In this document: positions 48,266-56,392 of the stretch, in pieces | Position numbering within the stretch: position 1 is the stretch's first letter | How the letters are laid out: each line of letters opens with the position of its first letter | NCBI GenBank assembly: GCA_964582295.1 | Contig: CAZOQP010000001.1 | Location: 9,588 to 73,587 of the forward strand | From: an uncultured Candidatus Saccharibacteria bacterium | GTDB lineage: Bacteria > Patescibacteriota > Minisyncoccia > Phycocordibacterales > Zambryskibacteraceae | Length of the DNA stretch: 64,000 nt | Reading direction: 5' to 3' | Notes under the pieces: model-generated | The model's input: the letters and a program-made list of their open reading frames with translations, nothing else | Told to the model about the DNA's origin: nothing | The model's database searches: none | Translations under genes and position numbers: made by a program

Positions 48266-48799
48266 TTATTTCTTGAACGGAATCCCTAAAAGAGATAGGA
48301 AAGCCAGGGCTTCTTCCTTGGTCCTGGATGTGGTCACTACCGTAATGGCCATGCCGAAAACATCCTTCAATTCTTCGTCCGAGGTCTCCGGGAAAATAGT
48401 GTGCTCTTTTATTCCCATAGTGAGGTTGCCCATTTCATCTACTGCAGAAGTAGAGACGCCACGGAAGTCTTTTGTGCGGGGAAGTGCGATATGAATAAGC
48501 TTCTCAAGAAAATCATGGGCGCGGGTGCCGCGAAGAGTTACCTGAAGTCCCACGATATCTCCCTGCCTTGTCTTGAAGGTTGCGATGGACTGCTTTGCAC
48601 CACGCTCCGCAGCTTTCTGACCAGTTATCTTTGCAAGGCGATCTGCCGCCAGTTCTATCTTCTTTTTATCTTTAAAAGAGCCCACGCCCGCTGAAACCAC
48701 CACTTTGGATATCTTGGGTGTTTGCATTACGTTCTTATAGCCGAAATCCCCTTTCAGCTTTTCAAATACCTTTTTCTGATGTTCTTTTATGGTGATCAT
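48266..48799 (-). CDS. rplE: 50S ribosomal protein L5
   Basis: 177 aa. Confidence 0.9.
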   Translation of the reverse strand: MITIKEHQKKVFEKLKGDFGYKNVMQTPKISKVVVSAGVGSFKDKKKIELAADRLAKITGQKAAERGAKQSIATFKTRQGDIVGLQVTLRGTRAHDFLEKLIHIALPRTKDFRGVSTSAVDEMGNLTMGIKEHTIFPETSDEELKDVFGMAITVVTTSRTKEEALAFLSLLGIPFKK

Positions 48800-48807
48800 G
48801 GAAATAT

Positions 48808-49116
48808 TTAGGATATCTTGGCTCCGCTCTTCACGGCAGTGCGAACTTTCTTGCCTTTTTCAAAAGTGAAGCGCACACGCGTCGGCTTTTTTGTCTTCGG
48901 GTCAACGATCATGACGTTTGAAACCTGAACAGGCATGGCCTTCTCTATCTTCTGGCCTTTCTGGATGTTCTTGCCGGCGCGCTTGTGAACGATGCGCATG
49001 TTCACCCCCTCCACCAGAATTTTTCCGTCGCGCGGGAAAGACTTAACAACGGTGCCTGTTTTGCCCTTGTCCTTTCCGGAAATTATTATTACGTTGTCGC
49101 CTTTGCGGATTTTCAT
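48808..49116 (-). CDS. rplX: 50S ribosomal protein L24
   Basis: 102 aa with a KOW motif. Confidence 0.9.
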   Translation of the reverse strand: MKIRKGDNVIIISGKDKGKTGTVVKSFPRDGKILVEGVNMRIVHKRAGKNIQKGQKIEKAMPVQVSNVMIVDPKTKKPTRVRFTFEKGKKVRTAVKSGAKIS

Positions 49117-49120
49117 GTTT

Positions 49121-49492
49121 TTATACGACCTCGGGTGCGAGGGAAATTATTTTCTGGAAGCCCATTTCACCGAGCTCGCGTGGAATTGGTCCGAAAACAC
49201 GCCCCGCGATGGGCTCGTGCTTGGCTTTATCTACGAGGATAACGGCATTCTCGTCAAAGCGGATGTATGAGCCGTCTGCACGGCGAGTGGCCACTTTGGA
49301 GCGAGCCACGACACCGTAAACAACATCCTTCTTTTTCACCGGCTTTCTCGGCTCAGCTTTCTGGATGGAAAGCACCACCAGGTCCCCTATCTTTGCATAG
49401 CGCTTCTTGGAACTTCCTAGCACCTTGAAAATTCGGCCTATCTTGGCGCCTGAATTGTCTGCTATTTTCACTATGGAGCGGGGCTGTATCAT
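49121..49492 (-). CDS. rplN: 50S ribosomal protein L14
   Basis: 123 aa (MIQPRSIVKIADNSGAK). Confidence 0.92.
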   Translation of the reverse strand: MIQPRSIVKIADNSGAKIGRIFKVLGSSKKRYAKIGDLVVLSIQKAEPRKPVKKKDVVYGVVARSKVATRRADGSYIRFDENAVILVDKAKHEPIAGRVFGPIPRELGEMGFQKIISLAPEVV

Positions 49493-49496
49493 TGGA

Positions 49497-49736
49497 TTAA
49501 GAGACTACCACGAAGTGCTTATCTTTGGAAATCGGCCTTGATTCAATAATTTCCACTTTGTCGCCCACCGCTTTGGTGTTACCAGGGTCATGGGCTTTGT
49601 ATTTCTTGTCGCTTGAAATGTATTTTCCGTAGCGCGGATGCTTGCGGAAACTTTTCACGGAAACGACCACGGTATCCTTCATTTTGTTGGAGACCACTAC
49701 GCCTGCGAGTATTCTTTTTTTTGTATTTTTTTCCAT
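49497..49736 (-). CDS. rpsQ: 30S ribosomal protein S17
   Basis: 79 aa. Confidence 0.9.
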   Translation of the reverse strand: MEKNTKKRILAGVVVSNKMKDTVVVSVKSFRKHPRYGKYISSDKKYKAHDPGNTKAVGDKVEIIESRPISKDKHFVVVS

Positions 49737-49742
49737 ATATTT

Positions 49743-49934
49743 TTATTCCGCTTTCTTCATTCTCTTGTTGATCTCCGTCATAAGGCGTGCTATTTCCAGG
49801 CGATGAGTGCGGCCTTCACGCACGTTCCTGGTTTTTGAACCTTCCACTGCAAAACGGAACGAGCGAAGCGCCTCGCGCTTGTCGCGGAGATCTTTTATCA
49901 GGTCCTCATTGGTTTTTTTGGAAAAATCAGCCAT
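49743..49934 (-). CDS. rpmC: 50S ribosomal protein L29
   Basis: 63 aa. Confidence 0.88.
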   Translation of the reverse strand: MADFSKKTNEDLIKDLRDKREALRSFRFAVEGSKTRNVREGRTHRLEIARLMTEINKRMKKAE

Positions 49935-49939
49935 ATATT

Positions 49940-50359
49940 TTAGTGTCTCTCAACTATCTTGGTTTTCAAAGGAAGTTTAGTACCCCCTTTGCGCAAAGCT
50001 TCGCGCGCGATCTCCGGAGTTACTCCATCCACTTCAAAAATGATGCGCCCCGCGAGAACTGGCACCTGGTAGCCCGCGAGATCGCCCTTGCCTTTGCCCA
50101 TCTTCACCTCCGCCGGCTTCTGGGTGTAAGGCATGTCTGGGAAAACACGGATCCAGACCTTGCCGGTCTTACCAACTGCGCGCGAGATAGCTTTGCGGGC
50201 CGCCTCTATCTGATTTGATCTCACACGGTGAGGCGCCTGGGCTTTAAGACCGAACTGTCCGAAGGAGACTTCGGTTCCGCGAGTGGCCGGCCCCACCCTT
50301 TTTGGGTTGCGGCGCATAGTGTGCCATTTTCTGAATTTTACTTTTTTGGGGACTAACAT
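49940..50359 (-). CDS. rplP: 50S ribosomal protein L16
   Basis: 139 aa (MLVPKKVKFRKWH). Confidence 0.92.
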   Translation of the reverse strand: MLVPKKVKFRKWHTMRRNPKRVGPATRGTEVSFGQFGLKAQAPHRVRSNQIEAARKAISRAVGKTGKVWIRVFPDMPYTQKPAEVKMGKGKGDLAGYQVPVLAGRIIFEVDGVTPEIAREALRKGGTKLPLKTKIVERH

Positions 50360-50364
50360 GTTTT

Positions 50365-51033
50365 TTATGCTCCTTTTTTCTCAGCGAAAACTTCGCCTTT
50401 GTATATCCAAACTTTGATGCCGATGTGCCCGTACGGAAGCTTGGCTTCGTAATGAGCATAGTCGATATCCGCACGCATCGTCTGCAAAGGAATACGACCA
50501 AGCTTCCTTGTTTCCGAGCGGGCGATTGAAGAACCCGCCAGGCGTCCTGCTGCGGTTATCTTTACCCCCTTCACTTCCCGGTTGGCCATCACTTTCTCCA
50601 CCATCTGCTTCTGCACACGGCGGTAAGGCAAACGTTTTTCCAATCCTTCAGCAACCATCTGCGCCACTATCATGGCGTTTGATTCAGGAGATTTTATCTC
50701 GCGGATATCAAGCTTCACATCAATATTTCCCAAAAGGTCGCGAGATTTCAAAAGCTTCACTATCTCCTCTTTAAACTTGGTAGCTCCGTCTCCTTGGCGG
50801 CCAATAATAAGACCCGGGCGCGATGTTTCAATAATGACACGCATGGTTTTCTCGCCGCGCTCTATCTGAACATCGGCCACATACATTCCGCGCAATTTTT
50901 TCCCTATGAAATCACGTATCAGAAGATCGCCTCGGAGCATCCCCTGGAATTTTCCTTTCGGCGCGAACCAGCGGGACTTCCAATCCCTGATGATGCCTAA
51001 CCTATGTGAATATGGATGGACGGTATGCGACAT
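50365..51033 (-). CDS. rpsC: 30S ribosomal protein S3
   Basis: 222 aa with a KH domain. Confidence 0.92.
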   Translation of the reverse strand: MSHTVHPYSHRLGIIRDWKSRWFAPKGKFQGMLRGDLLIRDFIGKKLRGMYVADVQIERGEKTMRVIIETSRPGLIIGRQGDGATKFKEEIVKLLKSRDLLGNIDVKLDIREIKSPESNAMIVAQMVAEGLEKRLPYRRVQKQMVEKVMANREVKGVKITAAGRLAGSSIARSETRKLGRIPLQTMRADIDYAHYEAKLPYGHIGIKVWIYKGEVFAEKKGA

Positions 51034-51037
51034 GGTA

Positions 51038-51415
51038 TTAGCTTTTTTCCTCTAACTTTAATTTCTTGGTTTTTTTCTTTGGAGCACCGGTTGAAAGCAC
51101 GATGGTGATATGGCTTGAGCGGCGGCGCACCGGGTGAGCAGCTCCGCGGGAAGCCGGGCGGAAACGCTTTATCATGCCGCCATTGTCCACGCGCATTTCT
51201 TTTATGAAAAGATCGTCTTCAGCAAGACCCAGAGCGCGAGCATTTGAAATAGCGGATGAAATTAGCTTTCTCAAAGGCAAAGCGGGGCGCTTCACGGCAA
51301 AATCCAAAAGAGTGAGGGCTTCTTCTACTCTTTTTCCCTGAACAAGCTTGGCAACTATCCTGGTCTTTCGAGGAGTCTGCCTGTAGCCCTTAAGATATGC
51401 CGTTGCTTGTGCCAT
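51038..51415 (-). CDS. rplV: 50S ribosomal protein L22
   Basis: 125 aa. Confidence 0.9.
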   Translation of the reverse strand: MAQATAYLKGYRQTPRKTRIVAKLVQGKRVEEALTLLDFAVKRPALPLRKLISSAISNARALGLAEDDLFIKEMRVDNGGMIKRFRPASRGAAHPVRRRSSHITIVLSTGAPKKKTKKLKLEEKS

Positions 51416-51418
51416 GGT

Positions 51419-51766
51419 TTATTTTTTTACTGCTTCAGCCGGAGCTGCCTTGGATGCCTGGGCGGAAGCTATTTCAGCTTCCTTTTTCTTGGTTTCCAGT
51501 TCCTTCTGCATCTTTCCTCCGTGCTTTATGAATTTGCGGGTGGGAGAGAATTCGCCCAAGCGGTGACCCACCATATCTTCCGTAACGAAAACCTCAATGT
51601 GTTCCCGGCCGTTATGGACCCCAAAGGTGTGCCCCACCATCTCCGGAGCTATCTGGCTGTCTCTTGCCCAGGTCTTTATCACTCCGGCAGAGCCGGGCTT
51701 TTTACCCTCAATCTTCTTGAGGAGTTTTTCATATACATAGGGTCCTTTTGAGGATGAACGTGTCAT
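51419..51766 (-). CDS. rpsS: 30S ribosomal protein S19 (C-terminal Lys/Ala-rich extension)
   Basis: S19 core ([13 protein letters not shown]...[35 protein letters not shown]). 115 aa. Confidence 0.9.
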   Translation of the reverse strand: MTRSSSKGPYVYEKLLKKIEGKKPGSAGVIKTWARDSQIAPEMVGHTFGVHNGREHIEVFVTEDMVGHRLGEFSPTRKFIKHGGKMQKELETKKKEAEIASAQASKAAPAEAVKK

Positions 51767-51826
51767 TTTTGACAGAAAAAAGCTCGTCAGAGCTTGGCGA
51801 AATATTATATGAATAGGAGCATAGTG

Positions 51827-52714
51827 TCAACGGGTAGGTCTATTCCTAAAAACGGAGATTTTCTCCTTCAATTTATACGCATTCCCATGTCTCAATAGCC
51901 CCAGATAAGACTGCACCGTTTCCGCCTTAACATCACCATTTTCGAGATTTTTCATCATCCTTCGCTTGGTAGTGGTTCTCAATACGCGATAATCATGAAA
52001 ATGCACCCAGCCCAGGAAATCCACACCTGAAGCCAAGGTTTTAATGAATACCTTGTCCGGATGAAGAGTGAGTTTAAGCTTCTCTCCTAGATAACATACG
52101 ATATATCGTATGTTATCTAGGAGGTTTCCTTTGTCATGGTGGAGTATTACGAAATCATCTGCATAGCGTATGTAGTGTTTTACTTTGAGCGTGTGCTTCA
52201 TGTATTGATCAAACTCGTTCATGTAGACATTTACCAGAAGCTGGGAGGTGAGGTTCCCGAGGGGCAGTCCAATGCCAGAAGCAGTGCTTGAGAAGCTTCC
52301 TATGACCTTTTGGAGAAGCCACATGGTGTCCTCATCTTTTATATGCTTGTTCAGGATTTCAATGAGTATTGAATGATCAATTGATGCGAAAAACTTGCGC
52401 ACATCGCATTTCAATATAAAACATGTGCGTGTCCTGTTGTTTGAAACTTTATATGAAAATCTTTTAAATCTCTCCATCGCCTTGTGGGTGCCTTTAAAGT
52501 TCCGGCAGGAATAGGAATCGTGTATGAATCTTTTGTCAAAGTACGGATACAAAACCCTGTATATGGCGTGGTGGAGCAGTCTGTCCCTCACGCTCGCCTT
52601 GTGGATATTCCTCGGCTTGGGGTCCGAAATGTTGAAAGCTGAATATCCTCCATGTGTATATGTTTTTCCGGCCAAATCCTGATGCAAAGAGAGTATGTTG
52701 TCCATGAGCCGCAA
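51827..52714 (-). CDS. diversity-generating retroelement reverse transcriptase
   Basis: 295 aa. RT motifs 1-7 with IRYADDFVIL (motif 5) and the DGR-specific motif 4 variant LGNLTSQ (I/LGxxxSQ, in place of QGxxxSP). No maturase or endonuclease domain. Confidence 0.85.
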   Translation of the reverse strand: MRLMDNILSLHQDLAGKTYTHGGYSAFNISDPKPRNIHKASVRDRLLHHAIYRVLYPYFDKRFIHDSYSCRNFKGTHKAMERFKRFSYKVSNNRTRTCFILKCDVRKFFASIDHSILIEILNKHIKDEDTMWLLQKVIGSFSSTASGIGLPLGNLTSQLLVNVYMNEFDQYMKHTLKVKHYIRYADDFVILHHDKGNLLDNIRYIVCYLGEKLKLTLHPDKVFIKTLASGVDFLGWVHFHDYRVLRTTTKRRMMKNLENGDVKAETVQSYLGLLRHGNAYKLKEKISVFRNRPTR

Positions 52715-52826
52715 GCCAAACTCCTGAACATCCTTTCTGTTCCGCTTGCCTCTTAAAAATTCCCTCCACGCTTCAAGGAGATTGTCTAAAGAAATGATAT
52801 CGTTATAGGTATGAGAAAACTCCCCT

Positions 52827-53213
52827 TTGAAGTCCCCCCCCCCCGCAGATTTCAGTAGTCATCTTATTCCTGTAATCATAAAGCTTAAAGACCTATATGG
52901 CCTATGGCAAGGATATTTGGCACACTTTCCGAAGTCAAAACGTTTTACACTCGGTTCCAAGCTTGATGACCTATTTTTGAGCGCCATTGAAAATTGCTTT
53001 TTAGCTAGTTACTCTTCAGGTGAAGAAAAGAACACATATGTTGACCGCTCAATCTCACGAGTGGATCTCATAAAATTATTACTTCAACTTGCATGGGAAA
53101 CTAGAGTCCTTGATACGAACAAATATTCTCATTTATCCGAAAATCTATCAGAGGTTGGGAAAATGCTTGGTGGATGGAAAAGACAACTGACAAGAAAAAC
53201 TCCCCCGCGGTGA
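52827..53213 (+). CDS. Avd-like four-helix-bundle protein (IVS-encoded protein family, DGR accessory variability determinant homolog)
   Basis: 128 aa with a TTG start. The sequence pattern ...FPKSKRFTLGSKLDDLFLSAIENCFLASYS...RVDLIKLLLQLAWETRVLD... is typical of four-helix-bundle/IVS proteins. It sits 23 bp from the TR but on the opposite strand to RT, TR and VR. Confidence 0.7.
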   Translation: MKSPPPADFSSHLIPVIIKLKDLYGLWQGYLAHFPKSKRFTLGSKLDDLFLSAIENCFLASYSSGEEKNTYVDRSISRVDLIKLLLQLAWETRVLDTNKYSHLSENLSEVGKMLGGWKRQLTRKTPPR

Positions 53214-53236
53214 TACGGGGGAGAACCATAATAGTG

Positions 53237-53365
53237 GCGCACGGCGAGGAACCGGCAACGCTCATCCCACTCGTTGTCGTTCCAGTTCAGATTGAGCTTG
53301 CGCTTAGAATCGTTCACGTCGAGATACGGAACGTTGCGATTGTCGTCCAACTGCGAGACGGAGCC
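53237..53365 (-). repeat. DGR template repeat (TR), 129 bp
   Basis: Near-identical to 53706-53834. All 14 mismatches have A in this copy (minus-strand sense) and G or T in the other. Confidence 0.85.
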
Positions 53366-53612
53366 TTGTACGACAAACCATCCATACCACCACCCATTGA
53401 ATAATCCCCGGGTTGAATCTTATTCGTGACCTTTGTGTCACATAGTTTGTCGCACCAACTTTCTCTGGTTTTTACCAAACCCGGAAACTCTCTTTCGGAA
53501 GCCGTGGCCGCCGAAACTCTCATTACTCGGGCGTGCGAACAAGTTACCCAAAGCCGTAACCGTAGGTTTTTCACTTGTCTCAATTATTGTATAGAAAAAA
53601 TTTACATATGAA

Positions 53613-53642
53613 AACTCCGTCGGACAGCTGTCCGACGGAGTT
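53613..53642 (-). terminator. 30-bp perfect palindrome AACTCCGTCGGACAG|CTGTCCGACGGAGTT + T-rich tract, 3' of the VR gene
   Basis: About 60 nt downstream of the VR end. It could also be the hairpin/cruciform element that follows DGR VRs (IMH-associated). Confidence 0.6.
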
Positions 53643-53700
53643 GTTTCCAAAGCCCAAGTACCAAGGCCAAAAACGAAGCCAAAGCTCAAGGGCCCAAGTA

Positions 53701-54309
53701 CTACTTGCGCACGGCGAGGAACCGGCAACGCTCACCCCACTCGTCGTCGCTCCAGTCCAGACTGAGCCCGCGCTCAGAATCGTCCACGTCGAGAAACGGA
53801 ACGTCGCGAAAGTCGCCCAACTGCGAGACGGAGCCGAGAGCGATAATGGGAAATCTCCGTTGAACCTCCGGAAATGTTGCTCCGAAAGCCAGAAGTTCCT
53901 CCATGGTAGCCGGGCGCATTCCCATCTTGTCGATTTCTTTCTTCACTTCATCGGTCGCAATAACACGATTTAAGTGAATGAGTTCGACGGTGGTCTCCAC
54001 CTTACCCTTACCCTTTACAGGGAAGCGCTCAGTGGTAATATCATCGTTTTTCCAATCGTACCGGCCGGATGCGATCATCTCCGCGAGCGTCATGGAATAA
54101 TCCACGACGACTTTGAGAACGAGCGGGCCCAGGCCGAGGAAATCCCGAAGCTCCCCGCGGGGTTTGTTGAAACCCGTCGCGAGAGCTTCCAGAAAATCCG
54201 GCAGGATGCCGTCGGAGACCGCTACCGCCAACTGTTCCTTGCTCACCCCTTTCTGGTCAATGAGGGTAAGGATGTGTCCCGCCTGCGGCAGTGTTGCGTT
54301 GGTGCTCAT
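53701..54309 (-). CDS. DGR variable (target) protein, VR at C-terminus
   Basis: 202 aa with no signal peptide or TM helix. The last ~43 codons are the VR (...VSQLGDFRDVPFLDVDDSERGLSLDWSDDEWGERCRFLAVRK). The TR encodes the Asn-rich template version (DDNRNVPYLDVNDSKRKLNLNWNDNEWDERCRFLAVR). Confidence 0.8.
   Translation of the reverse strand: MSTNATLPQAGHILTLIDQKGVSKEQLAVAVSDGILPDFLEALATGFNKPRGELRDFLGLGPLVLKVVVDYSMTLAEMIASGRYDWKNDDITTERFPVKGKGKVETTVELIHLNRVIATDEVKKEIDKMGMRPATMEELLAFGATFPEVQRRFPIIALGSVSQLGDFRDVPFLDVDDSERGLSLDWSDDEWGERCRFLAVRK
53706..53834 (-). repeat. DGR variable repeat (VR)
   Basis: 129 bp matching the TR except at 14 TR-adenine positions (11 A-to-G, 3 A-to-T). Confidence 0.85.
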
Positions 54310-54520
54310 AGGGTTCTCCTATGTGGCGCTACCTTTAGGGTAGCTGGTTCGCTAAATGTGCGACCTTAGTGTCGCCATAGCTTTTAATCCTCCATCTTGA
54401 AGAGCTAAAAGCTATGGCGAACAAGTAGTTCTTAAGGTTCTTTATCTTTTTCCATTATACACCTATTGACATATTTTGTCAAGTACTTCTTGGGTACCAA
54501 AAAATAGCCCTTTGTTGAGC

Positions 54521-55227
54521 TGTTTTTTACATAGGCAAGACCTATGTATAATTAAGATATGGCAATTAGAGAAATCTCCTTTGCTCCTGGATGCTATTAT
54601 CACATTTACAATCGAGGTAATAGCAAGCAGAAAATATTTCTTGATAAGAACGACTATCACCGTTTCATTAAGCTCCTTTATATTTCAAACTCACGGCAAA
54701 ACTTTGCCATCAGAAACTTTTCCAAGAAAAATATATACGACGTTGATCGCGGACAGAAACTGGTATCCATGGGAGCTTTTTGTTTAATGTCAAATCATTT
54801 CCACATTCTTTTATGCCAGCCGGAGAATGGCGACATCAGCAAGTTCATGCAAAAATTGAGCACATCTTACTCGATGTATTTTAATAAGAAATATGAACGG
54901 ACTGGCGGACTGTTTGAGAGTAAGTTCAAATCTGAATATGTAGAGACCGATCGTCATCTGAAATACCTATTTTCTTACATACACCTCAATCCATTAAAGA
55001 TCGTTGACCCGAAATGGAGAGAAAAAAGTGGGAATGATTTATCGGGGTCAATGAAATTCTTGGAAAATTACAATTTTTCTAGCTTTGATGAGTACATTGG
55101 GAAATCCCGTATTGAACAAGTTATTTTGGATAGACAGGATTTTCCAGAGTATTTCCCAGCCGAAAAAATATTTTTAGAAGAAATTACTGAATGGATTAAC
55201 TTTACATAGGCAAGACCTATGTAAGTC
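54521..55227 (+). mobile_element. IS200/IS605-family Y1 (HUH) transposase gene of RAYT/TnpA-REP type, flanked by identical subterminal hairpins
   Basis: CDS 54559..55209 (216 aa) with HIYNRGN...LMSNHFHILL (HUH) and a downstream Tyr region (YSMYFNKKYERTGGLFESKFKS). Both ends carry TTACATAGG-caaga-CCTATGTAA (54521-54547 and 55201-55227). Confidence 0.75.
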
Positions 55228-55229
55228 TG

Positions 55230-56069
55230 CTACTTTTTCCCTACCTTCCTTCGCTTCACTATGTAAACGTTTGAGTATTTCTTGGCACGGCGGGACTTCT
55301 GGCCCTTACCTGTCGGCTTGCCGTGGCGAGTGCGGGCACGACGGTGACCTCGGCCGGAGCGGCCTTCGCCTCCTCCGTGCGGATGGTCAACAGGGTTCAT
55401 GGCAGAACCACGAACGGTAGGGCGGATACCAAGCCAGCGAGAGCGTCCGGCTTTGCCGAGGTTCATCAGGCGATTTTCTGAATTGGAAACTTCTCCGACG
55501 CTTGCCCATGCATTGCTGTGTATCTTTCGCACTTCAGTTGAAGGCATTTTTATATCAACATATTCCCCGTCTTTTGCTACTACTTCCGCATAGTTTCCTC
55601 CGGAGCGAGCTACTTTCGCCTCTCCACCTTTTTTAAGCGAGATGTTGTACACAAAAGTTCCAACGGTCAGGCGGTGGAGAGGAAGACGGTTACCAGGAAT
55701 TTCCGCGGCGGTTTCTGAAGTTACAAAAGTGTCGCCAACCTTTGCTGATTTAGGCAGGAGAACGTAGCGCTTTGCGCCATCGTGGTAAAAGACGAGACCA
55801 ATGTAGCCAGAGCGGTTCGGATCGTACTCAACGCTCTTCACCACATAAGGAATATCGAATTTGTCGTATGAAAAATCAATGTCTCGGAAAAGGCGCTTGT
55901 GGCCACCACCCTTGTGCTGAACGGTAATGCGTCCGTGATGGTTGCGACCCTTATGGCGCTTGCGGCCAAAGGTGAGTTTTTTTGCAGGCTCAGAGGCAGT
56001 GGTTACCTCCTTGTACGGCAAAACCGTCATGTGCCTGCGGGATTTAGTTGTAGGTTTAAAACTTTTCAT
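55230..56069 (-). CDS. rplB: 50S ribosomal protein L2
   Basis: 279 aa. Confidence 0.93.
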   Translation of the reverse strand: MKSFKPTTKSRRHMTVLPYKEVTTASEPAKKLTFGRKRHKGRNHHGRITVQHKGGGHKRLFRDIDFSYDKFDIPYVVKSVEYDPNRSGYIGLVFYHDGAKRYVLLPKSAKVGDTFVTSETAAEIPGNRLPLHRLTVGTFVYNISLKKGGEAKVARSGGNYAEVVAKDGEYVDIKMPSTEVRKIHSNAWASVGEVSNSENRLMNLGKAGRSRWLGIRPTVRGSAMNPVDHPHGGGEGRSGRGHRRARTRHGKPTGKGQKSRRAKKYSNVYIVKRRKVGKK

Positions 56070-56071
56070 TT

Positions 56072-56389
56072 TTATACGAGTTTGAGGGTATCACCTTTTT
56101 TCAAAAACACATAAGCCTTTTTTCCGCGCGCCGTTCTGCCCCTCTTGTTCCTCACTGTCACATTTTTGGCCGGAATGCTTACCATATTTACGCGAACCGG
56201 CTTCACTTTGTACTGAGCGGCTATTGCCTGAGCAACTTCTTTTTTAGTAGCGGAAAGGGGCACATTGAAAACATGAACATTTCTTGAAGAAAGAAGGGAT
56301 GCCTTTTCCGTGATGCGCGGAGTCTTCAGGATAAAGATTTTTCTTCCTTCCTGAAGCGCGGTCCTGTTTTGTATTTTTGAAGTAGCCAT
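56072..56389 (-). CDS. rplW: 50S ribosomal protein L23
   Basis: 105 aa. Confidence 0.9.
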   Translation of the reverse strand: MATSKIQNRTALQEGRKIFILKTPRITEKASLLSSRNVHVFNVPLSATKKEVAQAIAAQYKVKPVRVNMVSIPAKNVTVRNKRGRTARGKKAYVFLKKGDTLKLV

Positions 56390-56392
56390 AAA

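Noticed and set aside
53129-53350. 73-aa minus-strand ORF, plus other short ORFs in 53314..53973 and 53974..54369.
   Set aside because: 53129..53350 is simply the TR read in the VR frame (Asn-rich). The others are antisense or intergenic shadows within the DGR region.
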